A DNA stretch of 64,000 nucleotides from an uncultured Candidatus Saccharibacteria bacterium (GTDB lineage Bacteria > Patescibacteriota > Minisyncoccia > Phycocordibacterales > UBA5272), in assembly GCA_964635125.1 (NCBI GenBank), contig CAZWMQ010000001.1, positions 84,386-148,385 on the forward strand, in the 5' to 3' direction. The translations under genes and the position numbers were made by a program. The notes under the pieces were generated by a model, which saw only the letters and a list, made by a program, of their open reading frames with translations, did no database searches and was not told where the DNA came from. Below, in pieces: positions 1 to 10,509 of this stretch. Positions within the stretch are counted from its first letter, which is position 1, and each line of letters begins with the position of its first letter.

Positions 1-88
1 AAAGCTGTTTTAATAATTGCTTTTATATTTTTAATACTATTATTTTTAGGTCTTCTATTTGGAAAATAATTTTTTAATAATTTAAATA

Positions 89-120
89 AAAACCCCACCT
101 AATATTTAGGTGGGGTTTTT
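89..120. terminator. Hairpin aaaaccccaccta/taggtggggttttt, bidirectional rho-independent terminator downstream of rplT
   Basis: Perfect GC-containing inverted repeat with flanking A/T runs, read directly from sequence. Confidence 0.6.
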
Positions 121-124
121 AAAT

Positions 125-469
125 TTAGTTAACTTTCTTAACAATTTTCTTGAAAACTTCTTTATGATTAGTAGCAAGATCAGCCAAGATTTTACGATCA
201 AGCTTAATCTCTTTTTTCTTTAAAGCATTGATGAATTTACTATAAGTAGTTCCTAATTCTCTTAGTTCTGCATTCATTTTTACATTCCATAACTTTCGCA
301 TGTCGTTTTTCTTATCTTTACGATGAGCAAAAGCATGTGCTCCAGCTTTTCTTAGAGCTACCTTGGCTTCAACTTCTTTCTTACTTCGTCCAAATTGATA
401 ACCTTTGGCTTTTTTTAAGATATTTCGTCGTCTTTTCATTGCAATTTTATTACTTTTAACTCTTACCAT
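125..469 (-). CDS. rplT: 50S ribosomal protein L20
   Basis: 114 aa; MVRVKSN..KRRRNILKKAKGYQFGRSK is a typical L20 N-terminus; infC-rpmI-rplT operon context. Confidence 0.9.
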   Translation of the reverse strand: MVRVKSNKIAMKRRRNILKKAKGYQFGRSKKEVEAKVALRKAGAHAFAHRKDKKNDMRKLWNVKMNAELRELGTTYSKFINALKKKEIKLDRKILADLATNHKEVFKKIVKKVN

Positions 470-496
470 ATATTTATTTTTTATTTATTAAAATTA

Positions 497-694
497 TTAT
501 TTAGCTATCTTTAAACCAGGGAGGAATCTTCTTTTTTCTTTATTAGTCATAGTAAATTCTCGCATTTTCTTACCAGCTAATTGATCCACTCTTTTCTGGC
601 GAGAATTAAAGTGATTAAAACCTGGCTTTCGTCCTAAGATTTTACCATTTTTAGTTACTTTTAATCTTTTGGCTAAAGATTTATTAGTTTTCAT
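497..694 (-). CDS. rpmI: 50S ribosomal protein L35
   Basis: 65 aa basic protein between infC and rplT; L35-like sequence. Confidence 0.85.
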   Translation of the reverse strand: MKTNKSLAKRLKVTKNGKILGRKPGFNHFNSRQKRVDQLAGKKMREFTMTNKEKRRFLPGLKIAK

Positions 695-765
695 AAATTT
701 TAAAATGTTTTTAAATTAGATAAATTAATATCTAATTTTCATTTAGTTATCAAATAATAGCATAA

Positions 766-1308
766 TTATTTGCTTTTTTCAAGCACCACAATGAAGGATT
801 TATTGCCAACTTTCTTAACTGGCTCAGCTATTTTATATTCAGCTGGAATAATCGCTAAGATTCTATCTAGACGGCTTCTTAAGAAATCCTGATCTAAGTA
901 TTTAGTTCTTCCTTTCAGTTGAAGCTCAATCTTAACTCGATGACCTTCTTTAAGCCAGACGGCAGCTCGTTTAGCTTTAACCATAATATCATTATCGCTA
1001 ATCTCCACACTGATCTGTATATTTTTAGTTTCCGAATTAACTTGTTTAGATTTAACTTCTTTTTTCTTTTTGCTTACTTCATAGGTATGCTTACCATAGT
1101 CAGATATTTTACAGATTGGAGGATTTACATTAGAAGTTATTTCAATTAAGTCTAACTTAGCTTCTTTAGCTAATCTTAGAGCTTCATCTTTAGAGAGCAC
1201 TCCAAGATTCTTACCATGTTGATCAATCACTCGCACCTCATATGCTCGTATTTGATCGTTAATGCTTACTTTATTATTTTTCTTACGGAAATTTTGATTA
1301 TCTATCAT
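766..1308 (-). CDS. infC: Translation initiation factor IF-3
   Basis: 180 aa; IF3 N- and C-domain sequence (YEVRVIDQHG..LGV.S..EAL.LA....DLIEI; KEVK.K.IQI); operon position. Confidence 0.9.
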   Translation of the reverse strand: MIDNQNFRKKNNKVSINDQIRAYEVRVIDQHGKNLGVLSKDEALRLAKEAKLDLIEITSNVNPPICKISDYGKHTYEVSKKKKEVKSKQVNSETKNIQISVEISDNDIMVKAKRAAVWLKEGHRVKIELQLKGRTKYLDQDFLRSRLDRILAIIPAEYKIAEPVKKVGNKSFIVVLEKSK

Positions 1309-1596
1309 TTAGTTATTTTGAGTTAGGGTAGGGGCTTCTTCTTTATTCTTAGATTTCCTAGCAATTAAGAAAATATAAATAATTTCTAAAATTCCTAAAG
1401 TATTTATTATTAAGAAGATTATAAATCAAACTTTATGATGATTACGAGCTGATTTTCAGAGAGCAATACCTTTTCAGATTAAGCTCCATATAATTAAGCA
1501 AATTACAATTATTAAGACGATTAATCCATATTGCTTAAAAAGATTAATTGTTAAATTCGCAGGTCCAGTTGAGAGATTGCTTGTTAGATTGTTCAT
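1309..1596 (-). CDS. Small hypothetical membrane protein (95 aa; 3 in-frame UGA-Trp codons, so absent from the ORF track)
   Basis: Continuous reading frame under table 4 with a hydrophobic segment; no homology recognised. Confidence 0.3.
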
Positions 1597-1639
1597 ATTG
1601 TTTATGGATTAAGTATAACATATACAAGCTATAAGTTCC

Positions 1640-1865
1640 AAGACACAAATACAAGTTTTAGGGCGGTTATATTTTTCTTGAAGCTTGTATCTTGGACGGG
1701 GAGTTGGTCACCACACATAGTCGTCATTTATTCCTCCTTGTGTCGCGACCCCGCTTCGCCGTCTCGCTCATTTTATTCGCGACTTCGTAGACGGCTCAGT
1801 TCAACCCCACCTCTCCCAATAAAATAAATCACTCGAAGCCTTGCTCCGAGTTCATTATTTTATAG
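1640..1865 (-). ncRNA. Conserved structured element immediately 3' of ssrA (copy 1 of a 2-member family; see 52270-52476)
   Basis: Shares the ataaaataatgaRctcgga...gagtgatttattttat hairpin, nested hairpins and a terminal tggtgacc + degenerate tRNA-3'-like end with the element 3' of tRNA-Ser. Confidence 0.4.
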
Positions 1866-2251
1866 TGGAAGTGGGGGGAGTCGAACCCCCGTGCAGATAG
1901 AGATTGTAAATGAGTCTAGTTTCATACTTAATTTTTTAAATTGTCGGCTAAATCTATTAAATTAAGAAAATAATTTAGCTTAGTTTTTTAGAGTTTCAAA
2001 ATTTTTAAAGAAAACTAATTTAAAAATTTCTACACACATTCTTTATAATATAGAAATCTTTACGATGTGTAAATAAAGAATCTATACCAAGGTGGCTTAA
2101 TTAAGCGGCCACTGGAGCGAAATTCGCCGAGAAAGGCGAAAGGATCGCTTTTGCAATTTTGTTTGCAATATATTTGAAAAGATTTAACGATTTATTTTCA
2201 TTATCGGAAACCACATTTACAAAGATCTAAGTGTCAAATCCTGACACTCCC
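1866..2251 (-). ncRNA. ssrA: tmRNA (transfer-messenger RNA)
   Basis: 5' gggagtg pairs with 3' cacttcc+A, with G3:U70 Ala identity; T-arm gggggttcgactccccc; internal tag ORF GCA AAC AAA ATT GCA AAA ... GTG GCC GCT TAA giving ANKIAKAILSPFSANFAPVAA* (minus 2166..2101); 386 nt; smpB nearby. Confidence 0.85.
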
Positions 2252-2488
2252 AGTTCAAGAAGCAGGAGACAAGCTTACAAGCTTCATATAATATATTATA
2301 TCATATTTTAATTTATTTGACAATACTTATAAAATATAATATAATGAATTTATAAGTTTATCTCTTATTCTAAATCTTAATATTATCTTAGTATTAAGAA
2401 AGTAAACATAATTTATTTATGATCTTAAAAGAAAGCGGGAGATTAGAAGTCCGGCTTAGATTTAGAAATTAAAGGACTGTAAATAAAT

Positions 2489-3751
2489 ATGTTTAAAAAA
2501 TCAAATAATCAAGGTGATTTTAAATCATCTAATAATTCTAATTATAGAAAATCAAAAAATAGAAATTCTTCTAGATCAAGCACAAGAGCAAACTTTAAAA
2601 ATGGAAATAGAAATAGTGGAAGAAGATTTGGAGGAAAGAAAAGATCAGTATTCAATGATATTAGTAAATTCATAAACAGAACAAATAATAAAGAAAATAA
2701 AAAAGAAGAAATATATATTCCAGAAAATACATTTACTTCTTTTAAGATTGATGAAAGATTAAAGCAAAATATTTCCGAAGCCGGGTATATAAATCCAACT
2801 ATTATTCAAGACAAATCTATAAATAGTATTTTAGATGGTAGTGATTTAGTAGGAATTGCTAATACTGGAACCGGAAAGACGGCGGCTTTTCTTTTACCAT
2901 TAATCGATAAAGTTTTAAAAAATAAAAAAGAGATGGTGATTATTCTTGCTCCAACCAGAGAATTAGCGGTTCAAATAAATAATGAATTTAAAAATTTTAC
3001 GAAAGGGTTAAAACTTTGGAGTATATGTTGTGTTGGCGGTATGCCAATTTATAATCAGATTAAAGATTTTAGATATGAGCATAATTTTGTAATTGGAACC
3101 CCGGGAAGATTAAAAGATCTTATTGATAGAAAAGTTTTAAATATAAAAGAATTTAAAACTATTGTGCTTGATGAATCAGATAGAATGTTAGATATGGGAT
3201 TTGTTAATGATATGAAATTTTTAATGAATGAAATGCCAAAGCCACATCAGACTATTTTCTTTTCAGCGACTGAAGCCAATGCCGTAAACAATATTATTAA
3301 GAACTTTTTAATTGATCCAGTATTTGTAAAAGTAAAGACTCGTGATACCGCAGAGTCTATAGATCAAGATGTTGTGTATATAAATGGAAAAGATAAATTA
3401 AATGTTTTACATGATTTACTTCTAAAACCAGAACTTGAAAAAGTTATTATTTTTGGAGCCACTAAATCTGGAGTTGATAGAATACATAAAAATTTAAAAA
3501 TCTTAGGGCATAATTCTATAGCTATTCATGGTGATAAAAGACCAAGAGAAAGAAATTTTGCACTCAAAATTTTTAAAGAAAATAAGGCAAATATTCTAAT
3601 TGCGACAGATGTGGCTGCTAGAGGTCTTGATGTGCCAAATGTTTCTCATGTGATTAATTATGATTTACCAGCCACATATGAAGACTATATCCATAGAATT
3701 GGTAGAACTGGAAGAGGGGGGAAATTAGGAAAAGCTTTGACTTTTGTGTAA
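2489..3751 (+). CDS. DEAD-box ATP-dependent RNA helicase with N-terminal R/S/N-rich low-complexity region
   Basis: Motifs NTGTGKTAAF (Walker A/Q), PTRELA, DEAD (VLDESDRML), SAT, HRIGRTGR. Confidence 0.9.
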   Translation: MFKKSNNQGDFKSSNNSNYRKSKNRNSSRSSTRANFKNGNRNSGRRFGGKKRSVFNDISKFINRTNNKENKKEEIYIPENTFTSFKIDERLKQNISEAGYINPTIIQDKSINSILDGSDLVGIANTGTGKTAAFLLPLIDKVLKNKKEMVIILAPTRELAVQINNEFKNFTKGLKLWSICCVGGMPIYNQIKDFRYEHNFVIGTPGRLKDLIDRKVLNIKEFKTIVLDESDRMLDMGFVNDMKFLMNEMPKPHQTIFFSATEANAVNNIIKNFLIDPVFVKVKTRDTAESIDQDVVYINGKDKLNVLHDLLLKPELEKVIIFGATKSGVDRIHKNLKILGHNSIAIHGDKRPRERNFALKIFKENKANILIATDVAARGLDVPNVSHVINYDLPATYEDYIHRIGRTGRGGKLGKALTFV

Positions 3752-3787
3752 TATAAATAAAATATCCTGTTTTGTGAGATGGTTTAT

Positions 3788-4216
3788 TTAAAGTTCTTTT
3801 TTCTCTCTCTCAAAATCTTTCTTTTTAATAGTTTCTCTTTTGTCTTGCTTATTTTTTCTTTTAGAAAGTCCAAGTTCTAATTTTAATAGCCCATGATCAG
3901 CAAATATTTTAATTGGTAAGATTGATAAGCCTTTCTCACTTTCAGTGGCTAATTTTAAGATTTCGGACTTTTTTAATAATAGTTTTCTAGTTCGGTCATT
4001 TTTAATTTTCTCACTATTTAAACTTTGTTGATATGGAGACACATTCATTCCAACAATAAAGGCTTCACCATCACGAATAATAATTTTCGCCCCAGTAATC
4101 TCGGCTTTGCTGTTCCTTACGGCTTTAACTTCATTCCCGGTTAATTGAATTCCAGAAATATATTTATCAACTATATGATAATTTAAGTGGATTTTTTTGT
4201 TTTCGACTAAAGACAT
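3788..4216 (-). CDS. smpB: SsrA-binding protein SmpB
   Basis: 142 aa; SmpB family sequence (NKKIHLNYHIVDKYISGIQLTGNEVKAV...GMNVSPYQQ); adjacent to ssrA. Confidence 0.85.
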   Translation of the reverse strand: MSLVENKKIHLNYHIVDKYISGIQLTGNEVKAVRNSKAEITGAKIIIRDGEAFIVGMNVSPYQQSLNSEKIKNDRTRKLLLKKSEILKLATESEKGLSILPIKIFADHGLLKLELGLSKRKNKQDKRETIKKKDFEREKKEL

Positions 4217-4265
4217 AATTTAAAATTCATTTTATTATTTTAGCATAATGTGATAATATTTTGGA

Positions 4266-6206
4266 ATGATAAAAATACGAATTAAAAAGTCTAAATCTAA
4301 CGGTAAAGGCCCAAAAAAACCGAAAAAGTTATTAGCTCAGATCTTAAATATGATTATAGTGGTTTTACTAATTATAACTTCCTACTCCCTAATCTCCGGG
4401 TTAGTAAATGGCAATAATGATAGTAAAGTTATAAAAGTTTCTATGTCGGAATTAATAAAAGAAATTAATTTAAAAGTAAGTTTATTAAATCAAAATTCAA
4501 CTTCCTCGACCTCAACTATAAATGTATTAGTGGAAGGAGATAAAGTTACTTTAGAAAATAGCACTAATACTAAAATGGTTACTGAAAAAGAATCTAATGA
4601 GTCTTTTTTATCTATATTAAATAATTATAATGTAGCTACAGCAACTTTAAATAAGTTAAATATTACTATCAGTGATTCTTCTAAAGCTAATTTTCTATTA
4701 AATTTAATTCCAATACTTTTACCAACCATACTAATCTTTGTGTTTTTCTGGTTTTTACTGAGAGGGGTAAAGGGGGCAAATGGTCAAGCCATGTCATTTG
4801 GACAAACTAGAGCTAAGAAAATAGACCCAAATGATAATAAAAATAAAATTACTTTTAAAGATGTGGCTGGCAATAAAGAAGCTAAAATAGAATTAGAAGA
4901 AGTAGTAGACTTTCTAAAAAATCCTAAAAAATTTATTGAGATCGGTGCTGAAACTCCAAAAGGTGTCCTATTAATGGGAGCTCCTGGAACTGGAAAGACT
5001 TTACTAGCGAGAGCTGTAGCTGGAGAAGCCAAAGTGCCGTTTTATCATTTGTCCGGATCTGAGTTTGTCGAAATGTTTGTCGGAGTCGGAGCATCTCGGG
5101 TGCGAGATTTATTTAAAGAAGCTAAAAATCATTCCCCAGCTATAATCTTTATTGATGAAATCGATGCCGTTGGAAGATCTCGAGGAATTGGTTTAGGTGG
5201 TGGAAATGATGAACGAGAGCAAACTTTAAATCAGATCTTAGTGGAGATGGACGGCTTTGATCCAAATGAGAAATTAATCGTAATAGCTGCAACTAATCGA
5301 CCAGATGTATTAGATAAAGCTTTACTTCGTCCAGGGAGATTTGATAGACGGGTAACTTTAGATTTACCAGATCGAGAGAGCCGAAAGGAAATTCTAGAAG
5401 TGCATAAAAAGAAAAAGTTAATAGCTAAAGATGTTAATTTAATGATTATTGCTGAGAGAACGGTTGGATTTTCTGGAGCAGACTTGGCATCAGTTATGAA
5501 TGAAGCCGCAATCTTAACCGCGATTGAAAATAGAAAAGAAATAACCCAGAATGATTTAATAAGAAGTGTAGAGAAAGTAATGCTTGGTCCAGAAAGAAAA
5601 TCTCATATTTTATCAATAGAAGAAAAAAAGAAAACTGCTTATCATGAAGCCGGTCATGCCCTAGTTGCTTCCTTACTTCCTAACGCTGACCCAGTTCATA
5701 AGATCTCAATTATTCCAAGAGGTAATGCCGGAGGATATACTTTAAAATTAGCATTAGACGATAAGAAATTATTAACTAAGAATAACTTTATTGATGATTT
5801 AGCAATGATTTATGGTGGATATGCGACAGAAATAATTGTTTATGGCGATGTTTCTACTGGACCATCTGGAGATTTACAAGCGGCTTCTAATTTAGCTAAA
5901 GAAATGGTGATGAGATATGGAATGAGTGAATTAGTTGGACCATTCGCTATTGAAAATGATAATCAGAAAGTCATCTATGGCAATTTAGAAGATTCTCGGA
6001 ATATTATGGGGATAGAGTTAGCTAATATAGTTGATAAAGAAATCCAAAAATTATGTCAGGATGGATTAAATACAGCTAAAAAGTTAGTTAATGAGAATCG
6101 GGAATTATTAGAAAGAATTACTAAAGAATTGTTAGATAAAGAGACCATTGAGAGAGCCGAGTTTGAAGAAATTTTAAAAGAATTTAAGATTGAGATTAAG
6201 AAATAA
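4266..6206 (+). CDS. ftsH: ATP-dependent zinc metalloprotease FtsH
   Basis: 646 aa; N-terminal TMs, AAA Walker [12 protein letters not shown], zinc motif HEAGHAL. Confidence 0.95.
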   Translation: MIKIRIKKSKSNGKGPKKPKKLLAQILNMIIVVLLIITSYSLISGLVNGNNDSKVIKVSMSELIKEINLKVSLLNQNSTSSTSTINVLVEGDKVTLENSTNTKMVTEKESNESFLSILNNYNVATATLNKLNITISDSSKANFLLNLIPILLPTILIFVFFWFLLRGVKGANGQAMSFGQTRAKKIDPNDNKNKITFKDVAGNKEAKIELEEVVDFLKNPKKFIEIGAETPKGVLLMGAPGTGKTLLARAVAGEAKVPFYHLSGSEFVEMFVGVGASRVRDLFKEAKNHSPAIIFIDEIDAVGRSRGIGLGGGNDEREQTLNQILVEMDGFDPNEKLIVIAATNRPDVLDKALLRPGRFDRRVTLDLPDRESRKEILEVHKKKKLIAKDVNLMIIAERTVGFSGADLASVMNEAAILTAIENRKEITQNDLIRSVEKVMLGPERKSHILSIEEKKKTAYHEAGHALVASLLPNADPVHKISIIPRGNAGGYTLKLALDDKKLLTKNNFIDDLAMIYGGYATEIIVYGDVSTGPSGDLQAASNLAKEMVMRYGMSELVGPFAIENDNQKVIYGNLEDSRNIMGIELANIVDKEIQKLCQDGLNTAKKLVNENRELLERITKELLDKETIERAEFEEILKEFKIEIKK

Positions 6207-6261
6207 AAATCATTTTCATTTTCAATTTAAAAATGTTAAAATAGTTTTAATTTAAATATTT

Positions 6262-6900
6262 ATGATAATTACTCATTTTAATAAGCAACATTTTAAGATC
6301 CAGCTTGGAGATTTAACTATTGCTATTAATCCAGTCTCAAAGGATTCTAAAGAGGTTACTAATAAATATGGAGCGGATATTGTTTTACAAACTACTAATC
6401 ATTATGATTATAATGGAGCAGATTTAATGAGTTATGGTGAAAGAGAGCCATTTGTAATATCAGGTCCGGGAGAATATGAAGTTAAAGATATATTAGTAAA
6501 AGGATTTGGAACCGAAGTTATTATGAATAATAATAATAAAAAAACTACTTATCAAAATACTTCTTATATTTTTGATGTTGATAATATGAAGCTTTGTTTT
6601 TTAGGAAACCTTAAGCAAGAGTTAGCTCCGGAGCAAAGGGAAATAATTGATGAGGTAGATATTTTATTTGTCCCAGTCTCTGGAACTGAGGAATCACTTA
6701 ATGCTTACGAAGCTAATAAATTAGCCACTAAATTAGAACCAAAATTAATTATTCCAATGGATTATAATAATGAATCTTTAAAATTATTTTTAAAAGAAGC
6801 CGGAACTGATTTAAAGGATGTTCAGAAAGTAGAGAAATTAACTATCAAGAGAAAAGATATTGAAGATAAACAAGGAGAAATGGTTTTATTTAAGTTATAA
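6262..6900 (+). CDS. MBL-fold metal-dependent hydrolase (UPF0173-like)
   Basis: 212 aa; beta-lactamase-fold sequence features (DIVLQTTNHYDY, LFVPVSG). Confidence 0.5.
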   Translation: MIITHFNKQHFKIQLGDLTIAINPVSKDSKEVTNKYGADIVLQTTNHYDYNGADLMSYGEREPFVISGPGEYEVKDILVKGFGTEVIMNNNNKKTTYQNTSYIFDVDNMKLCFLGNLKQELAPEQREIIDEVDILFVPVSGTEESLNAYEANKLATKLEPKLIIPMDYNNESLKLFLKEAGTDLKDVQKVEKLTIKRKDIEDKQGEMVLFKL

Positions 6901-6924
6901 TATAATTAGTGTATTAATTTAAAT

Positions 6925-7263
6925 ATGGCTAATTTTATTAAAGAATATTTCAATCAATTACATCATAGCGATGAGAAGACTAAACATCGTTCGGCTTTGA
7001 CTATGGCTGTGATTGCTTCGGTAATAATTTTATCAATTATATTTTTATTTATAAAAGATAGCTTTTTATCTATTTCTAAAAAATCAAATTCAGTAAATAA
7101 TCAGACAACTATGTCCAAAGACAATATAGAGTCTCCAATCCAAGCATTTTCTTCATTTTTTAGCGAAGCCGGGAAGCAATTTTCAAAAGCTAAAGATTTA
7201 TTTAAAGATGTATCTAATTTAAAAAATAAAGATAGCCTCCAAAATAGCACTAATAATCAATAG
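6925..7263 (+). CDS. Hypothetical membrane-anchored protein
   Basis: 112 aa ORF with one TM segment. Confidence 0.35.
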   Translation: MANFIKEYFNQLHHSDEKTKHRSALTMAVIASVIILSIIFLFIKDSFLSISKKSNSVNNQTTMSKDNIESPIQAFSSFFSEAGKQFSKAKDLFKDVSNLKNKDSLQNSTNNQ

Positions 7264-7376
7264 TAAATTGGCTTGTTTTATTTGAAAAAATACTTTTAAA
7301 ATGGTATAATTTGTTTATAAATTATTATAAATCTAACTAATAAGTTAGATTGTAATTTTCAAATTTAATTTAAAAT

Positions 7377-9860
7377 ATGGCTAAAAAAGATTTAAATAGT
7401 AATCAAGATAAAATCGAAGAAAATAATGAAAATACCCATAATAAAGTAGTAGAAATTGATATTTCTTCTGAGATGAAACAAAGTTATATTAATTATGCGA
7501 TGAGTGTGATTACTGATCGAGCTTTACCGGATGCGAAAGATGGGTTAAAGCCAGTGCATCGTCGAATACTTTACTCAATGCATCAGAATGGATTAACTTC
7601 TTCAGCAAGATTTAAAAAGTCAGCCACAGTAGTTGGAGATGTGCTCGGATCATATCATCCACATGGAGATGCTTCAGTTTACGATGCCATGGTTAATTTG
7701 GCTCAAGATTTTAAAACTCGCTACCCATTAATCTGGGGTCAAGGTAACTTTGGAAATATTGATGGAGATGGGGCGGCGGCTTATCGTTATACCGAGGCGA
7801 AAATGTCTAAGATAACTGGAGAAGTTTTGCGAGATATTGAAAAAGACACAGTCGATATGAAGGCTAACTTTGACGGAACTAAAAAAGAGCCAGCGGTTTT
7901 ACCGACCGCAGTACCTAATTTATTATTAAATGGAACACTTGGAATTGCTGTGGGAATGGCCACAAATATTCCACCACATAATCTTGGAGAAATTGTCGAA
8001 GCCACTACTCAATTAATTGATAATCCAGATTTAACTACGGAAGATTTATGTGAATTTGTAAAAGGGCCTGATTTTCCAACCGGAGCAGTAATCTATGGTA
8101 AGAATGATATTATTCACACTTATGCGACAGGAAGAGGAGGAATTGTTACCCGTGGCGAAGCAGAAATTGTGGAAATGAAAAATGGTAATTTACAGATTGT
8201 AATTACCTCGATTCCATTTCGAGTGGTTAAATCAACTTTGATAGAGAAAATCGCTGATTTAGTTCAAGAAAAAAAGATTGAAGGAATTAAAGGTCTTCGA
8301 GATGAATCAGCTAAAGACATAAGAATCGTGATTGATTTAAAAAGTGGGGTTGAACCTAAGAAAGTTTTAAATTATATTTATAAACACACTCAATTAGAAG
8401 ACACTTTTCATGTTAACTTAGTAGCTCTTGTAGATGGAGTTCCTCAGACTTTAAATTTAAAATCAGCTTTAAATGAATTTATTATTCATCGCAAGGTTGT
8501 AGTTAAAAGAAGAACTGAATTTGAACTTCGAAAAGCTGAAGGGAGAGAACATATTTTATTAGGTCTTAAAAAAGCTCTCGATCATATTGATGAGATTATT
8601 AAATTAATCAGAAAGTCTAAGTCAGTAGAAGAAGCTCATGCTGAACTAATGAAGCAATTTAAATTTACTCAAATTCAAGCTCAAGCAATTTTAGATATGA
8701 AGCTTCAGCGATTGGCTGGACTAGAAAGGAAAAAGATCGAAGATGAGTTGAAAGAAGTTCAAGAAGCAATTGCTGAATTAAAGGCAATCTTAGCTAGTGA
8801 GAAAAAGATGTTAAAAATTATTAAAGATGAATTAGTTGAGATTAAAGATAAATACGCTGATGAGAGACGAACTAAGGTTATGGCTAATAAAGCTAAAGAG
8901 TTTAATCCAGAAGATTTAATTACCGAGAAAGAAGCAGTCTTAATCTATACAGCAGGTGGATATGTTAAAAGAACTGATCCAGATGAATTTAAAACTCAAA
9001 AGCGAGGCGGAGTTGGAGTCGTCGATATGAATACTAAAGAGGAAGATTTTATCACAATATCTTTAACTACCAGCACACATTCGGATTTACTATTCTTTAC
9101 TGATAAAGGTAAAGTTTATCAGATTAAGATGTATGATATTCCAGAAGGTCGACGAGCTACAAGAGGTAAAAGTATTATGAATTATTTATCTATCGCAAGC
9201 GACGAGAAAGTTACTAGTATTTTACCAATGCCAAAAGATATTAAGAATACTAAAGCTTCTCTCGTTATGATTACAAAAGACGGGACAATTAAAAAGTCCT
9301 CTGCCGAGAGTTTTAAAGATGTTCGACGAAGTGGATTAATTGCGATAAAGTTAGCGGATAAAGATGTTTTGTTATCAGCTCTATTTGTAGAAGCCGGAGA
9401 TGATATTATTTTGACTTCTTCCGAAGGTCAATCTATCAGATTCGCTGAGAAAGACGTTCGCGAAATGGGTAGAACAGCAACTGGTGTTCGAGGAATGAAA
9501 TTAGACAAGAATGATAATATTGCCGCTAGCGATGTAATTAAGAAAGATCTTGGAAGTAAAGCTAAATTATTGGTAGGAACTGAAAAAGGTTATGGAAAAA
9601 TGACTAAGTTAACGGAGTATAAAACACAAGGGCGAGGAGGTAGCGGAATGAAGACCGTATCCGTTACTGAAAAGACTGGTAAATTAATTATGGCGAAAGT
9701 CATTTATGATGAAAGTAATGAAATCTTAGCTATCTCGCGACATTCCCAAGTTATTAAGACTAGTTTAGAAACTATCCCAACCTTAGGACGAGCGACTCAA
9801 GGAGTTCGAATTATGAAATTACGAGAAGGGGATACCGTAGCTAGTTTAGCCGTTTTATAA
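7377..9860 (+). CDS. gyrA: DNA gyrase subunit A
   Basis: 827 aa; [26 protein letters not shown] active-site region and C-terminal beta-pinwheel repeats. Confidence 0.95.
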   Translation: MAKKDLNSNQDKIEENNENTHNKVVEIDISSEMKQSYINYAMSVITDRALPDAKDGLKPVHRRILYSMHQNGLTSSARFKKSATVVGDVLGSYHPHGDASVYDAMVNLAQDFKTRYPLIWGQGNFGNIDGDGAAAYRYTEAKMSKITGEVLRDIEKDTVDMKANFDGTKKEPAVLPTAVPNLLLNGTLGIAVGMATNIPPHNLGEIVEATTQLIDNPDLTTEDLCEFVKGPDFPTGAVIYGKNDIIHTYATGRGGIVTRGEAEIVEMKNGNLQIVITSIPFRVVKSTLIEKIADLVQEKKIEGIKGLRDESAKDIRIVIDLKSGVEPKKVLNYIYKHTQLEDTFHVNLVALVDGVPQTLNLKSALNEFIIHRKVVVKRRTEFELRKAEGREHILLGLKKALDHIDEIIKLIRKSKSVEEAHAELMKQFKFTQIQAQAILDMKLQRLAGLERKKIEDELKEVQEAIAELKAILASEKKMLKIIKDELVEIKDKYADERRTKVMANKAKEFNPEDLITEKEAVLIYTAGGYVKRTDPDEFKTQKRGGVGVVDMNTKEEDFITISLTTSTHSDLLFFTDKGKVYQIKMYDIPEGRRATRGKSIMNYLSIASDEKVTSILPMPKDIKNTKASLVMITKDGTIKKSSAESFKDVRRSGLIAIKLADKDVLLSALFVEAGDDIILTSSEGQSIRFAEKDVREMGRTATGVRGMKLDKNDNIAASDVIKKDLGSKAKLLVGTEKGYGKMTKLTEYKTQGRGGSGMKTVSVTEKTGKLIMAKVIYDESNEILAISRHSQVIKTSLETIPTLGRATQGVRIMKLREGDTVASLAVL

Positions 9861-9950
9861 TTCTAGAAAATATGATTATTTAAACTCTATTGGTAATAAT
9901 AGAGTTTATTTATTTTATAATTTTTCTTATGTTAAAATATAATTATAAAT

Positions 9951-10472
9951 ATGTTTATTTCCCCAATAGAAATTATTCAAAATTTAGATTTAAAAGAGGG
10001 AATGAAAGTTGCCGATTGTGGAAGTGGGACTGGAGCTTATGTTTTTCCTATCTCTGGAATTGTTGGAGCAGGCGGAAAAGTTTATGCGATTGATAAGGAT
10101 ATTAATATTTTAGATAAGATAAATCGTGAAGCCGAAAAGGGTAAGATTGAAAATATAGATACTATCTTAGGAAATTTAGAAGAAAAGATACCAATTCCAG
10201 AAGAAGAATGTGATTTTATAATTTTATCTAATGTTCTCTCAGAAGTACATAATCTTGAAAGAGTAATTTTAGAAATTAAAAGAATTTTAAAAGATAATGG
10301 ACAAGTTTTAATTATCGACTGGAAAAATAATAATCTAGGTTTAAATATTAAAAGAAGAGGTTTGATTGAGGAGGAGAAATTAGTAGCAATTTTAGCCAAT
10401 AATAATTTAGAAATCAAAAAACATATTCCAGCTGGTGATTATCACTATGCTTTTTTAGTAGAAAAGTTTTAA
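9951..10472 (+). CDS. Class I SAM-dependent methyltransferase
   Basis: 173 aa; motif I VADCGSGTG, post-I acidic residue AIDKD. Confidence 0.6.
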   Translation: MFISPIEIIQNLDLKEGMKVADCGSGTGAYVFPISGIVGAGGKVYAIDKDINILDKINREAEKGKIENIDTILGNLEEKIPIPEEECDFIILSNVLSEVHNLERVILEIKRILKDNGQVLIIDWKNNNLGLNIKRRGLIEEEKLVAILANNNLEIKKHIPAGDYHYAFLVEKF

Positions 10473-10509
10473 TTTAATTATGATATAATTTCTTATATCA
10501 TAATTTAGT

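Noticed and set aside
919-1149. ORF 919..1149 (+) inside infC on the opposite strand
   Set aside because: Antisense to a conserved ribosomal-operon gene; hydrophobic junk translation
1840-1940. Ordinary tRNA gene at the T-arm-like sequence gggggttcgactccccc (minus strand)
   Set aside because: No matching 5' acceptor, D or anticodon arm within 75 nt. The sequence is instead the 3' tRNA-like domain of a 386-nt tmRNA whose 5' acceptor half lies at 2245-2251
4784-5032. Antisense ORFs within ftsH, gyrA (7787..8005), gyrB (30409..30645, 30982..31200), pheT (25624.., 26113..), htpX (38653..), ABC genes (48562.., 49084.., 49886..) and pilN (56992..)
   Set aside because: All lie antisense within strongly supported genes and show no independent signals
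9890-10093. ORF 9890..10093 (67 aa) overlapping the methyltransferase start
   Set aside because: Out-of-frame overlap with a well-supported gene, low-complexity translation; spurious
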